Origin: Ramazzottius varieornatus
Taxonomy: Eukaryota; Animalia; Tardigrada
Direction of reading: 5' to 3'
Length of the DNA stretch: 64,000 nucleotides
Assembly (NCBI GenBank): GCA_001949185.1
Contig: BDGG01000001.1
Span: forward strand, 5,757,527 to 5,821,526
The notes beneath the pieces were generated by a model. That model did not search any database, had not been told where the DNA came from, and saw only the letters and a list, made by a program, of their open reading frames with translations. This document shows, in pieces, positions 37,201 to 51,513 of this stretch. The position numbers and the translations under genes are program-made. Within the stretch, counting starts at the first letter, position 1. Each line of letters begins with the position of its first letter.

Positions 37201-40200
37201 GGTGGGGCTGCGGAAGCGGAAGGGAAGCCGAGTGGAGGTACGGAGGGCGCTTGGTGGAAGGTGGCAGCAGCAGTGCCACCCGGCACAGCCAGGTGTTTGC
37301 TGTCGAAAGACGTGCCCGTTTGAAGGACTTTAGGCGAGGGAGGAGCGTCTGCGACTGAGCGGTCTTCGACGAGCTCTTCGGTCGAACTGTGTTGTTCGGT
37401 GGACGAACTGCAGGGTGACGCGGGGATGGGTGAAGGGATGGCGCCTTCGCGCAATCGACGGACTCTTACTGAACCACGCTGCTCTTCCTCAACTAAAACA
37501 TGCAAATGTACGTTTTCCTTTGCTTATAACAAGTAGAAATATTACTGTGAATTAAATCACCGTAGAATAAAGGCTATTCAGAACAAAAGCCATCACAACC
37601 AAGTCAACCTTGCATTCGAAATACAACTCGCCAAGTGGCGCACATTTCCAGCCAATAACAATGGAAACATGCGCCAGCTAAGGTAACAATCTGATTCAGT
37701 TCATTTACCCGTGTTTCCATTTTCCGGAGTGAAATTAAAAAAACCGAGAAACATACAGAAGAACCATAGGATCTGACTGTTACACATTGCACCTCCAGTG
37801 CACAAAATGCATCCCTCCCGGTAATCAGGTGGTATCGGGCAGAGTCGATTAATGACGTGGGACCACGTAATTACCGGATGCGATGCATTTTGTACACTGT
37901 GTACAGTTAAGCAAAATATAACGGGCGGAGTTTGGCGAAAAGTTTTCACGGGCTTACATTTTCGGAAGCTCCAACGCCAATGAGGACTTCTTCCCGAAGC
38001 ACTGCCCGCAGTGTCTTCCCCAGAGTCCGTTAATGTGGGTGGTGTCGATGTGGTGCTAAGCGTGCTGACTCGCCGCATCTTGGTCACAGGATCTTCAGCA
38101 GACTCGCCTTCCTCGTGGCTGAACGCGATGGAGCCATGTGACCGCACGATGTCCCCGCGACTTCGACGAAACAAACGGTTGTAAGCCCTGGTTTACTTTG
38201 AACAGCAATGATTCATGGTTCCGTCTTGTTATCGATGATCGTTAAGGAGAGTAATTTACGGGATGCGCCTCCTCGGCACGTGTTCCTCGTTATCCACTTT
38301 ACCTGATGTCTTCGATCGTCAACGTCTCTGCGCTTTGGTAGACTTTGATGAGTGCGTTGAGGACGTACATGCCAGTCGTAAACACCCGATATGTCAGCAG
38401 GAACGTGTTCAGGAAATCCACGCTGAGGAAACGCAGATCGGTCAGGCGCTCAAGAAGACGCTCCAACGTCGCGTATCGAATCTACAAAAATGTTGCAGTT
38501 AATTAATGGTGTCGGTTCGATTCCCAAAGGTGCAAATTTGTCATAAATTCAGAACAAATAACGGGGTCGGGGAACAAACACAAGCACGATTGTTCCTCAA
38601 GGTGGCGCACGGCTTTGGTGTCACCAGCCGACAGCTTCTGCCACTTGCTATCAGGTTGGTCGATATGACTTTGCGTTTTTTCGAGGTGCTGCTTTGAAAA
38701 CTCATATCTCTGAGCCGGGTCGGAATTTCGACGTGGTTTCTTTTTTGTAACATTTGTAACGGTCGTCAAACGTTTGGTTGAAAGTTTCGATCGCGCTCTC
38801 AGTTAATCTCCAGAAACCGCTTCCGTCACTTCCGCTTTTTGTAAATTCTGACTTACTTTACAAGAAAACTTTTGGCGGACCAACAAAACCAGTAAAGATC
38901 AAACAAAAGCCAGCGACAAGAGCAGTAGAGGTTGCACTGTAAAATAGACGTTTCGTTCCACTTTGAGAAGCCTTGCCAAGGACATAACCAGGTTTGAAAT
39001 TTAACTCGTCAAAAGTCACTCGTTGATGAAACAAAAAACAGTACACCCACGATGAGAAATTATGGGGCCAGTAAAAATTATGGGACCAGGCGGAAAAGAC
39101 GGCAAAATGGAAATTCAAACGTCGAAAGGTGTCCAAAAGTGCATTACAGATTTACCATCAATCGGTCACGTACGTACGTGCTTCCGCACCGCCGTAGCGA
39201 ACAGGCCTGGTCCCATAATTTTTACTGGCCCCATAATTTCTCGTCGTGCGTGTACCCTGCATTTCTGGAGAAAGCAAAAATTCGGAAACTTCGCACAGTA
39301 AAAGAAGATACCTTATTGTATCCAAGAAAAGCACCCTTACTTGCTCTCATCGATCGATGGAGAAGAATTAGCCAGAGAGGCGTAACCCTGATGAACTAGC
39401 GCACATTTGAGAGCGCCGACGTACCACCCGGTTATTTACAAACCTTTTTTCTTCACAATTAGTGTTCGTTCCTTCCAAAGCTTATTCCTTTGGTCTGTAC
39501 CCCAAGCCATACAGTACTGTATGATACAGAGACCCGTTTCCGAGAAATTAGTACTCAGTTTTGCGGTGAAAAATTGGCGAACAAACCCTAGTCGAAGTGA
39601 GTGCTGTTCCCTCCCTCATTTCCTATGTTGTGCTTTCATTGAATCGCTTTGGACATGTTTGCACCAAACTGCAGAGAGCTTGTTGTTATTATTGAAGATC
39701 GGGCGAAATGAAAAAGTTGTTTTGCGGTGTGAGAAAACGTGGTTGAAAGTGTGCCCCAAAGGCATCTATCATATCGACCGACCTGATACAACAATCAAGC
39801 TCGACAAGAAAATTTCGCCCAAGTGGCGCAAGCTTTCAGCTGATGATACTGAGGCCGTGCGCCATTTGGGAAAGCCGTCTTGTCGAGTTCCCAATCCGAA
39901 GGACAAAACACAATGCTTAGTACTGAGGAGAAATGTTTAAAAAATCAAAAGACAAGTTTTCGACAAAATTTATCGACGATGTAGAAAGACTTCCACAATC
40001 TGGTTGGGAAGAAGACAAGGATGTACGCACTTCTCACATCCTGATCTGCTTTCCAGCTGTTCGGCGAACAAAGGGCTCTTCTTCCCCACACAAATATTGG
40101 CATACAGTTACTACCAGACGTACCTGGGGAACTTTGCAGGAATTTAGCGAGCGACTAAAGCGGATGTCCACGTCATCGCGGAACAACTTCGGGTCATTCT

Positions 40201-43200
40201 TGATGGAGTTCGGCATAGTGACGGACGAGGCTTCGTTCATGGCGGCACTGAGCAAATCCGAACAACGTAAATTCTCCAGACACTACGACACAAATACACG
40301 TACCAGTTTCTATTCCCAGAACGCATAATTAGTTCTCCACCCACAAATCAATTACGTCGAAAACGTTGACGGGTAAAAACCTGACACCCTTGACACAACA
40401 TTCACCAGGCAATATTCCGGTGAGTCCTTCTGCTTACCTGGAGGATATCCGCTGTCCATGCCAGCTTTTCCTCTTCGGAGGCGGCGACCAAATGGACGGT
40501 CATGGGAGTGGGTTTCTGATCAATGACCAGCTTAAAGTCTCTGCCGTGGTACTCGCTGTTGTGGCCTTTATGTTGATTGCCCGCATCGGCTGCGTGCGGC
40601 TGGAGATGACTGCTAGCACCTTGGTCTGTACAAATAAACCCACCAAAATAACTTTACTTAGACTCTGTCAGTCAGACACATCAAAGTAAGATCAACACAC
40701 ATGGAGCGCTGGCAGATGACGTGAGCATGGTCGTTTCCCCCAGTGGCGAAGTCCTACTGTCGGTAGCAACGAGAAAGTGCGCCACTGGCGATAACGAGCA
40801 TGTTCACGTCTGTTTGTCAACTTCCCACATACCGTCTTCGTCGTTCATTTCGCTGGTATCCTCAATCAGCGTGACTTCGTGGAGGGGAACCTTGCCGACC
40901 GTCTTGGCCAGATGGAGCTTGCCATTGGTGGTGGAACGGCTGGTGATGATGAGGTGGTTGGTGAAGAGGAAGCACTGCCGCACCACTTCCGACTTGTCGT
41001 TGCTGCCGCTACCGATGGAGCGCGTGAAGCGTGAACTTCGCGCTCGGGAAGAGCCTCCTTCCTTCAAGACATGAATTAGCGTACCTACACACAAACACAA
41101 ACAACACCAACATCAGCCATGATCCCTCTCAATGATCAAACACACACACACACACACACACACACAAAGGATGATTGAGCTCTTAGCGTCGGTTGACCTG
41201 GGCAAGAGCAGAGGTAAGCAGGGAAAGATTTTGTGGAAAGAGCTTTGTGATGATGAGATAGATGCGGTAAGCAAGTCATAAGACCAGATCAATCTGTCTT
41301 TGGCCAGCTCTGGAAGGATCTCGTGTGACGTTACGTGGTGCCAAAGACTGCGTCAGCCGTTTCTCCCCGTACTCCTGTCACTGTGTGTGTATGTGTGTTC
41401 ATGCCTTCAAAGCTTCCTCCTCCCGGTCCGGTTCCTGGCTCGGTGTATGCATGCTCACTCCTGCCTACCGTATTCCCTTCTGTGTGGAGTGCGTCTCTGT
41501 GCTGGTAATTACACACTCACTGCCGACTTTGCAGCCACATTTGCCGGGGATAAAAAAGACAAGACCCTCTCGAGCCCTCGACGCGCATCCGACCGACCGA
41601 TCGATACGACGATACCCAACAGACGTTCGCGCTTCCTGAGTCCCCCTCTACTATATACGCCGCAGCACAATGGATGGCGCATTTGTGCAAACCTAGCCAA
41701 GCTTTCGCCGTATTACTATCCGTCCCGTGTTGCCCATCCGAAACCTAGACCAACTTCATGCAGAGTTCCTCACGCTTTTACACCTTCAGGCGCGATGAGG
41801 AAACATGGTCTTGCACGCCTGTTTAAATTTTAGCGCTGGGATACTGACTTCATCGGCTGGAGGAAGCCGTACGTTGTGCGGTACATTCCGTTAGGCTCTC
41901 TTTCCGAGGGACCGGAAAAGAGAGCTCTAACATAGTGAACAATTATCGACCTTGTCACCATAGGGTATCATGCTGACGTAGTCGTAACTACCAGATAAAG
42001 ATCAACGAGTTTAACACAAGTTCTGACTGAATGCCTCACTTCTACTTCGGCGCACCTGGGAATCTTCTTTCGCCTCGTACGTTTGCGGAGTTAAACTAAG
42101 CAAACATGATCTCCGAAGATAAGCTTACCTTGACGGACGAAGATCTGGTTGACGTCCAGCAATATGTCGCAGCCTTCCACAATCATCCGCTCGATACCCA
42201 GATTCTTCCGGATATTCTCTGTCTCACTGACTTCATCGTGCATCACCTATAAAAATCCGAACAAAAGTTGTGTGCATTCAAGTACAGTGACAGCAACTAA
42301 ACGGTATCAGTTTCCGGTGAATCTTTTTGAGACAATTCTTCAGCAGCGCCATCCATGAAGAACCCATGAGAACATGGTACTTCGCAAGACCGTCTTCCCA
42401 CCTGGCGCACATTTTCGGCCAATTACAATGGAACCGTGCGCCAATCGAGATAACAATCATGTTCAGCTCATTTACCGACGTCCCATTTGTATCAACTCAC
42501 CCGACTGAGTTCTTCCAGGCGGTTCTTAGCATACTCCAAGCTCTTCCTTTCCACATGATCATGCGGTGTATGAGCTAAAAGCTCGTGTAGTGTCACAATG
42601 TACCGCGGGATCTGGTTCATGGGGTACGTCAGGAACTGCTCGAGGGACCTTCCTTGCACAATCAGCTTGTCTTCCAGCTTCCTCAGCAGGCTGGCGAACT
42701 CCGCATTCTGCTTGCACTCCGCTAGAACTTGTAGACTGTAGTGATGGTTGCGGACGTACTCTTGGTAGATGGACAGCATGGGCAGTAGCATGTCGAAAAG
42801 ATCCCCGAGCACTAATGTTGGCCAGTTGTCCATTCGTGCTATCAAGCCTTTCACGAAAATTTGGTGCAGAAAGAGAATCGTCTCACTAGAGAAGCGTGGA
42901 TATCACATTAAATTTTTTCAGCATATATCGACAGAAAAGTTCGGTAGATTTACCTGTTGAGGAAAATCGAGTTGACGTCTTCATGCGTGATAGGTGGCGT
43001 CTTGCTACTAGCAGCCATTTTCAATGGGCGGAAGAAGCACGTCACCAACATCTGGATTTGCTGAACATATTCCTGTGGAAAAAGAGTACAAATGAAGTGC
43101 TATCGTATTACGCCAAATTAATCAACGATGACATTGCAAATCTATAACGGTGGAGTCTACCAGCACTGATATGAAACTTAAGAAGAGCAGAATCCATTTG

Positions 43201-46200
43201 ACACGTCATTACCTGTTCGCATTCGACCATTGCAAAGACCAGGCTGTTTCGTTTCCGCATGTTCTCAGCATGCGGTGAACGAATGTACTCCTCGACAATT
43301 TGTTTCCACCTTCTTCGACATAGCCAACCACGAAAGAAACTTTGAACTTTCTGGATCTTCTTGATATCGATGGTCTCTGAGTTCAGAGCAGCATGCGGAC
43401 CATTCTGCGAGTCGTTCTGATCCGCCACGAAGCGTGGATGGAACTCATTGGCCATACTACCCGGTGTCTGCCCGCCAGCAGCGGTAGCGTTGTTGATCAA
43501 CCCGGAAGAGGACATCGTATTCATGTGACGCTTGTAGGTCCGCAGCTAAAAAACCAGTAAGCTGAGAGCTGCGCAAATGAACAGAATCAGATCGTCGTAT
43601 CAAGTCGCGCACGTTTTCAACCAAGAACAATCACGGCGTGCGCTACTTGGAGAGAGGATCTTGTCGAGTATATTTTTCTCTCAAGTGGCGCACGCCATCG
43701 GTGTTACTGGCTGACAGAGCGCGCTACGTCGGACAACGATTTGTTTCGATTCATTTGCCCATGTCCAGTTTCTCACCAACCGTAAAAAGGGGTCTTGCAG
43801 CTAAGGGCTATGAATATGTGGAAGATCGTACCTCAGTTCGGAGTTTGCTGATTTCGGTTGTCAGTTCGTCGCATTGTTGGCGCAGCTGCCACTTTGACGT
43901 CTTCTCACTTTCCACAATGTGCAACAAGTGCAAGTGCTTCTGCTCCAGTTCTTCCTTCTGCTGTAAAATCTTGTTGAAACTGTAAGGCAAAACCCACGAG
44001 TATTTCGACGTGATACAAAAGTGTAATCTGGTGATTCATGGGATTTGCAGAGAAGATAACTATCGTCTTCACCTGGCCTGGGTGATAGCGTCCACCCATG
44101 CTGAGCAGATTGCATCGTTCTCCGTACAGAACTCATACTGCTTCAGGTTTTCCTTCCGATATGACACCACAAAGCAGTGCTACAAAAAAATATTGCGGAG
44201 TTAACTTTAATAGTTGAAGCAGTGATATGAGATGGATAAAGTCGATCGACACAATTATGGGCTTAAGCCTCTGCCAGCAGGATCTTGCCAATTTCCTACG
44301 ACCGGATGCACTGTTCGCCGCATCTCATCACATAACGCGAATTCGTAAATGCCTGACGCCGCTGGAACCCATGAGGGGGACCTGCTTGATAGCACAAACA
44401 GAAGGTAGAATATCTTCGACTCGGGATGAGCTTTCAAAGAACAATTCATCAACCGGCGTTCCTGCTAGTCAAGTCCGTAAAATGCCACCCTAATGACCGC
44501 CCTCTCAATGTGGCGGGGTCAGTTTTCACGATCTCAACCAGCGGCAGCATTCTGTCAACAGGCGACTGCCAACCTTGCAAAGACCCCTACAGCTCGCAAA
44601 AGGTTATTCATGCAGAGCGCGAGGAAGCCATACGTCAACTGAAATAAGATTGATATGGTCTCGTTGCAAATGGAAAGACGGAGTTAGTTGGGCATGGCAA
44701 GCAAGGAAACCTGTGCCAGACTTCAAGACTGTTGAAACCTTTCCACCTAATGACGACAGCGGCTCTTTCCAAAGGCAGGAAGTCGCGCCGCTACTGGCTT
44801 GTACAGCACGCGCAAATCTTCTACCTGGAAAACCTGAAAATAGGCTAGGTGGAGTACAATGCGATGCCGTTAGGCGTGTTTGACGCTCAAGAAAATCTTT
44901 CCGCGAATACAAGCAAAATCCTCCGTCTGCAGACACACTAGGGTGAAGGTCCAATCAAGCTCAAAGTAAACTCTGATGTGCTTTCTGATTTCCCACGATT
45001 TCCGGGCAATCCTTGCGGCCTTGATTGCAGCCTTGAACACGTCACAACTAATAGCACCTCACTCAGTCCACTGAGTCGGTTTTTGCAACTGGGGTTGTTT
45101 CGTTGCGCGCAAAGTATACACGGTTGTGAAAAGATGCGACGTACTGCGACCCTCGAAAAGCAATTCAATTTTGCCGAAGTTGCTCCTCGTTTATCATCGT
45201 TGGCAGCTGCCATCACATTCCTTCCTTCTAATTGCCGCATTGTGCTACCGAATTACCTGGTATTAGCCTTCGCCCCATGGCTTCTTCCACTATTTCGCTA
45301 CCACAAAAACCGCAGCACCAATAATAACGCTAAGCTTTGGAACAAAGACTCAGCTTGCTTGACACCCTCAAAATTTATTACATAAAAGGTCACAGTCATG
45401 CAGTTTTTCCATCCTACGCACTTCACGCGTTCAGTATGCAATCTCGCCTTGGAAAAACGATTAAGTTATTACTTGTGACAAAGTAGCTTTTGTGGACGTC
45501 AGAGAAGCGCTTGCTTATTGGATCGTGTGATGGGATATTGATGGTAAGGGGAAGCGAGCGTTAATCCATGAAAGTACCTCGGTGGCGCACCACCTTCGTG
45601 AATTACTAATCAGGCCGTGCGGAAGCGAGTTCCTGATGACAAGGCTTTAGCTCCGAGTTATGTGCAACGCTAGCTATGCCAGAACAACGAACGCATGGGG
45701 CTGCATCCGGCCAGACTATGCGGTACAGAGGAAGAAAGGATGTCAAAATGAAAGCTCCACGAACAAGAGGATTATTGTTTGTGCTGGTGTAAAGTACCCA
45801 CCCTCGAACGCATACTGCCATGTCTCCCTCACAGGAAACGTGGGAGAAAACCTGGCCGTACGTCTTTTACGGAGGCTCTGAATTTCAGTGAAAAGAGATT
45901 TATGTACAGTGGGAGAACCCTAGACCGTAATCGGGCCTTGAGGGGCCGCACCACGCCAGGAATTAGCTATTTGTCGTATCAGGTTCAACCGGCAATCTGA
46001 GCTGGCCTTCCCGAAAGAAGAAGCGTTTAGTGATAAGCTTATAATTACACACACACACACACAAAAACTCTCGCCCATCCAGTCGACATTAAAATCTCCA
46101 CGTCTGCAAAAGATATGAGCTATGCGGGTTTTTGAATTTGTTTCGAAAGCTGTTAAGTCATTCCTTCAACGATTGCAAGAAAGCAGGTGTCAACCGATGG

Positions 46201-47179
46201 GAAAATGAAAATTGAAAAGTACTTTGATCAGCAAACAACTGGCTAGAAGCGGAAATCGCCACTTTGCTGTTCGTTCCTTTGATAAGGAACACGATCAAGT
46301 CACGACTTGCTTATTTCAATATAATGTGGAGTATCTCAACAGAGGACACCCGCTCGTCTAAATTTAGCTTGAGAAGAGATCAAGAGTGGATTCAACAAAC
46401 ACAGGCCTGGCGATCGGGATGCAAAGTAATGAAAGCGATCAACAGGCAGAAAACCATCCCCCTTTCGTTCACAAAACGCATACGCGCACACGTCGGTATG
46501 CTCCACTTTCCCCGTCAGTCAGCGCGAAACAGCCCCATCACCGTCAAAAGTCACTGTATCTCAAGCAACGCAACCACGGTGCAAATAAAAAATGTTCATT
46601 TGGGGTAATTTACGGGCTGATTTACGAGCGAACCTTTCCCCCTTTCATAGAACAGCCCCGACCAACAGCAGAGTTGAACGCGTCGTACTGGCACGGCCAT
46701 ATGTGGAAAAGCCACCACGTCTCCACAGGGAGTATTTCAATAGGGAAAGAAACTACCGTCAGCGAATAACGAAACCTCACTTTACTGTTTCCGGCATGAC
46801 GTTGCAAAACCGAGCCTATTTCTCGAACAGTACGTTGTGGGGAATTTGAGGGTTACTGTACCTGGTTGTCCGGAACGACGTCCTTATCTTTGGTACTGTG
46901 GCGCGGACTGGACAGGATCACGCGTTCACAGTAGGATCCTTCCAGGAAAAGCACACCTAGTGGTCGACTGGCTGTGACGTTCTCGAAGTAGAAGAGGAGG
47001 TTTTGGTGAAGCAGAAACCAGCGCTGCGTCCAGTTCTTCTCGCCGAGACTGCGCTTGCTCATGTTGCCGGCATAGCACTGGCCGTTCGACTTGGACTTGG
47101 CCACTTCTTGGCGAGCACGTTCGGCCAGGAAGAGCAGCTGTTGATCGTGGATACGGATGGAACGCTGCATAGCGTGCAT
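34240..47179 (-). CDS. RASGRF1: Ras-specific guanine nucleotide-releasing factor (RasGRF1/2 orthologue): PH-IQ-DH-PH-REM-CDC25
   Basis: N-terminal PH ([11 protein letters not shown]...[17 protein letters not shown]...[10 protein letters not shown]); IQ ([19 protein letters not shown]); DH ([34 protein letters not shown]); PH2 ([12 protein letters not shown]); [18 protein letters not shown]|[27 protein letters not shown] (REM); [11 protein letters not shown]...[15 protein letters not shown]; CDC25 (HNYNGVLQI...[38 protein letters not shown]...INFSKMRM). About 18 exons. Confidence 0.96.
39044..39252. mobile_element. MITE family A, best-preserved copy (TA TSD, ~47-bp TIRs), in a RasGRF intron
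   Basis: cacccacgatgagaaattatggggccagtaaaaattatgggaccagg versus its reverse complement at 39206-39252 with 2 mismatches. TA on both sides (39042-43, 39253-54). Confidence 0.9.
41141..41166. repeat. (CA)13 microsatellite
   Basis: Direct inspection. A shorter (AC)n tract lies at ~46047-46063. Confidence 0.95.
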
Positions 47180-50100
47180 CCTCGATCACTTCCTTGTTCC
47201 GCAAAACGGTCAGGCAATAAGAATACTACGAAAACCCATTGTATGGAAATTTGGAAAATCTGAGAGAAATCAATGTCTAGAATGGATATCTGGCGGTTGC
47301 GTCAGTAAAAGAAGGTGGATAGATAATAAGGGCTAATATCCGAGGGTACTTTTCGAATAGTAAGGTGCTACGTAAAAGGTTAGCAGGAGTTCCAGACGTA
47401 TGCGCGAAGCAACAGCTAGTCCTCCCGACGCGGGTAACAGGTTGAAACGATAGCGAGGGAAAAGGCAAGCCGATTGAATAATCAGCTCCGGATCCTCGGG
47501 TGTTTGGCACTATAGGCCCAAGCTATCCCGGCCAAGATTATTATAAGGAAAATGAGAAACGGAAGAGCGAGCAGGGATCACGCGAGAAGCTAGCAACCTG
47601 GCTTACGGCCTAGCTAAGCCTCCATGCTATTACAGCTCGCACTCCGGCTGTAGTTGTGGCTCAGAAGGCAGGGCGAAGGTAACCTCATCAAGCCTTATAG
47701 TCTCTGGACAGAGCGCCAGGGATAAACCACGAATAAGGAAACGGGAGAAGGGAAAGTGCGATCGACGCGTATACTGTAATTTTCTGGATGGAGTAATGAT
47801 CATATGAGCGGTTGGTCCTGTATGTACGTACAGTCAGACGGGAACCCTAACAGGGTTCGCCGTTCCGCCTTGACTTATTCCTTCAGGGAAATCGCTTGTC
47901 CACTTGACTTGATAGGACGTCACTCTGGCAGCTGCCACCAACGCCAATTGTGCTCAGTCAGGCACACGGAAAAAGAGGAAGAAATTTACCTTTCGCGGTA
48001 CGCAAGCGTAGACTTCGAAGGAAGAAACAGGTTCCAACCCACACATCAATCCCACATTAAACAGACTTTTCTGCAAGCTTGTTTTTGCTTTCCTACGCCT
48101 GTCTGATTTTCCACACGCGCCATTTTCCGCATCACTGCACCACAAGTGCAGTTCCAGCTCGATCTCGTGTGTCAGCACGATCCCGAAGAAGTCATGCGCG
48201 AATCGATTACCACGTGGATTCCATAAAACAATCAACATTCAACACATTCGCGTAAGCCAAAAAAGATGGAACACACCCAACCTGTCGCAAACCCCACTTA
48301 CATCTCTGGTCGTACGAGAAAAAGAAATTTCGTTTGTGATGGATTGGGGTGTGACAGAATAGTGTACAACCCACACCGTTCGTTCATACATCATGCTGTA
48401 ATGGCCGGGAAGGAGGTCAAGTAATGAAAAAAGTTTTTCGATCTGAAATTCGAACACGTTTCTCCATTTTTCCATTCATAAAAAGTTAGAATCGACATAA
48501 TGGACCGAGAGCAGAAGCAAAACCTCTAGCATTTGTTCTGAAAGCTGCGGCGAACTGCAAGAAGAACACAAAAGCCGATGTTGAAAGCTCGAAAGGTCCC
48601 CAAAGAGTGGAGTGCTGAGGTGGGCTGGATGTTGGAGGCCAATTTTTATACGAACGTTTTTGACTTCAAATCAACTTCTTCAAAATTGAGTTACGGAGAA
48701 TAATGAAGGGGGATGGTGTGGTAACTTTACCGTCCCTGGCCGTGGCTCAGAGTTCCGAAAAACTGTTCGCCCTTCTAAGATGATATTCTGGAAAATTTCA
48801 GGCGACCAGCAACCAATACGTCCTCATATGGAGGATTTGATGTAAAACGGACAGACGTGCGGAGTAATGCTGTTTCACGTCATTCTGACGTCAAAACATG
48901 TTCAATCTGTAATCCAGACCCCTCGAGATTTCTTCCTGTCGCAGGCATCTGATCACTGGTCAGCCGTCTAAATACTGTAGACCTCGGTTTCGTGTCTTCT
49001 AATGTTTTGTACATCAGACTGCGTTGTCAGTTTGGCTTTGCCCACAGGGTGCCAAAACTTTAGAGCAGACTCATGGGTCGTGAGCAATTCGGGGAGCGAT
49101 ATTCTTATGAAAATTAAGCCGTCCATACCCATATACAGTCCGTTCAGGCCACATCGCTACCGTTTCTGAAAATCAGAGCCCTCTCCATCACAACGTTTCA
49201 CGTCGAAACTAGCATGCGTAGATAGCAAAAACAATGGCCTATCATAATCAAGAAAAAATTTGACAATTTCGACGTGGAAGGAGGTTTTCGGGCAAAACGG
49301 AAAATTCCAAGTTCCAAATTCATTTTATAAATCAGCTTGACTTTCATGTCGTTGTTTTCAGTCTTATATGATGAACTGAATAGTTTTACGTCTTTCAAAC
49401 TCAAGTCGGAGGTTGCTACTTAGAAATGCGGTCTACGAGATTAATTGTTTCCCCTTGGCACGACGTCTTTCCTACCGGACGTCAAACTTCCAGTTTTTCC
49501 CGGGTTGCCTCTCACTGAACCGGAACGCGCTATGGTTTCATGGAATCAGCTTAAGAAGTTTTACGAAACACCGTGAGAAACAAGGAGAAACTATCTTTGT
49601 AGATTTTCTGAAGCGCTATTTTTCAAGTGGTAGCGATGTGGTCCGAACGGGCTGTAATACATATGTATATCTCAATCAAATAAAGAGCTTCACGGACTGG
49701 AATCTTTAGACCAGTTTTGGTTATGGTACAATGATGCTCTAATGACTACAAAGAAACTTCGAATTCGAAGGGAGATTACTCAACCTATGCACTGTAAAAG
49801 CCGCTCCTTCAGCCGAAAGGTTTCTACACCTCTTGTCTTGCTCCGTGAATATTTTGAGATTTTCTGAAAAAGGCCGGTAGTTAAGGACGTCGACCAGTGA
49901 ACAGTAAAAAGAGACAAGGCATAGGCAGGGCTCTTCTCACTGCTCGACCGGTCAATCGAAAGTTCAAGTAACTTCCTCGTTCGAAGAAATTTCGTTTGAT
50001 TTCGCCTATGGAACTTTCAGATGCATAACAAACTTCTGTGGTGGGCGAAGGTTTCCCCTTCACGGCAAGATACTTTGCGAAATCGTGCTCAAGAACCCCG

Positions 50101-50649
50101 CTTGCGGGTTAGTCTTCCCCTAATGACGACAGCCAGGACCAAACTTTTGTTATCGGCAATCATCAGGATGGAGCTCAAGAGAGGCGAGTGGTGTACTCGA
50201 GGATGGCGATAGCAGGCGATCACAACCCCGCTAGGCAAATACGTTGTTGCCGACCGGAAATTATAGGCAGCAAGGCCAGAACCCAACAGATGTTACTCAT
50301 TTCCATGAACCCACTCCCTTTCGTCAACACTACACTTGGTCAAGTTGGCTCCTCCACCTCAAGAAGGTCGAACCCTTCCGGAATAATCCCATACCTTACT
50401 CTGGTTTTGGTTGGGTTTTGAAGTATTGTATCTCATCGGAACTCACAGTTTTCACTATTGCACCTCGCAATATACTAAATAATCTAGCCTGCACCGGAAT
50501 AATGAACCATGCTAGAATGCAAGGTTGCGAGATGTTTTTCTGAACGACAAACACTGCCTCACGAAGTATTTATAGTGTGTTACGTGAACTTCTCGACGAC
50601 GGATCATCTCTTCTGACGTTTTTCCAAGCTAGCCAGCCAAATTAATTTA

Positions 50650-50771
50650 CCGTAATGCTTCATGAACTTCGCGAAGTGACGTCACAGGTACGCGTAGGGT
50701 TAACGGGTATGATGACGCTTGCAGCACGCGCTCACTATGATGTAATTCGCGAAGTTCATGAAGCATTACAG
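50650..50771. mobile_element. MITE family B (Tc1/mariner-type, TA TSD)
   Basis: ttaccgtaatgcttcatgaacttcgcgaa (50647-50675) versus ttcgcgaagttcatgaagcattacagtaa (50746-50774): 29-bp inverted repeat with 1 mismatch, flanked by TA. Confidence 0.85.
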
Positions 50772-51513
50772 TAAGCCTCGACAGCTGCGCCGATTTTAGA
50801 TCTCACCAAACTCATTCAAGACGACGGTTTTTCCACGTTTCCATCAATAGGGATAAGGAACCATACAGTCAAGCTCTGTTCTCAGTTTATGGAACTTGTT
50901 GGTGAACGGCTCTACGATACGACTTGTAACGTACAGTAGTACTACAAATAGTTTGTTTTCTTCACAGCCATCATTCATGAAACGTCTTTAGCCTGTCGTG
51001 CCAGACAGCTATTTTTAATTATTTTTGACGCCATTCTAATTATTTCGCATTATTTTTGACGCCATTCGTCACATTTTTTGACGTCCTTGCTTTGTTCATT
51101 ATGGCCTAGTAATATGAGCCACGAAAAATTCCTTCCGGTGGAAAATATCTCAGCATAATACTTGGAGAGCTAAAGCTCAAAGACTTCCAGGAATAAGGAT
51201 CACGATTACTCACCGGTGTGGTGCTGCCGTCTTGTGGCATCTTCTCGGGGAAGAAGCGGCTAACTTGACTCCGCCTTCTCAACTTGTCCTGTTGGTTGAA
51301 AAACACGTCAAGGCACGGACCTAAGTCACGGCACGAACCTGTCAACAGGCAATGGTCTGACGTCATTGGTTGCCTTTGTATGATCTGATCCAGCGGCGCA
51401 TCTGCCGGATGTCGGTCTCTTCATCTTCATTCCTCCTTCCCACCTGCCGTTCCCTTGGCTTCTCTCGATCAATAAATTAGTCTGCCACTAGAAATCTTGT
51501 TTCCTATAAGGAG

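Noticed and set aside
38503-39940. Two opposite-strand ORFs with similar peptides (KW.KLSA.DT.AVRHL), suggesting duplicated nested genes
   Set aside because: The similarity coincides with two copies of the CAAGTGGCGCAC foldback repeat plus flank, so it reflects DNA repeat homology rather than protein conservation.
39933-40328. 131-aa + strand ORF inside RasGRF, looking like a nested gene; another + frame has a kinase-like ILDGVRH..GFVHG string
   Set aside because: It overlaps antisense a genuine RasGRF exon (~40283-40123, ...[18 protein letters not shown]), so it is a shadow frame.
51011-51085. Three atttttgacg(c/t)c units
   Set aside because: Short degenerate tandem repeat with no supporting structure or second locus.
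47300-51400. Many 60-100-aa ORFs between RasGRF and the pseudo-arginase
   Set aside because: No domain resemblance, codon bias or coherent exon chain; treated as intergenic or 5' UTR sequence.
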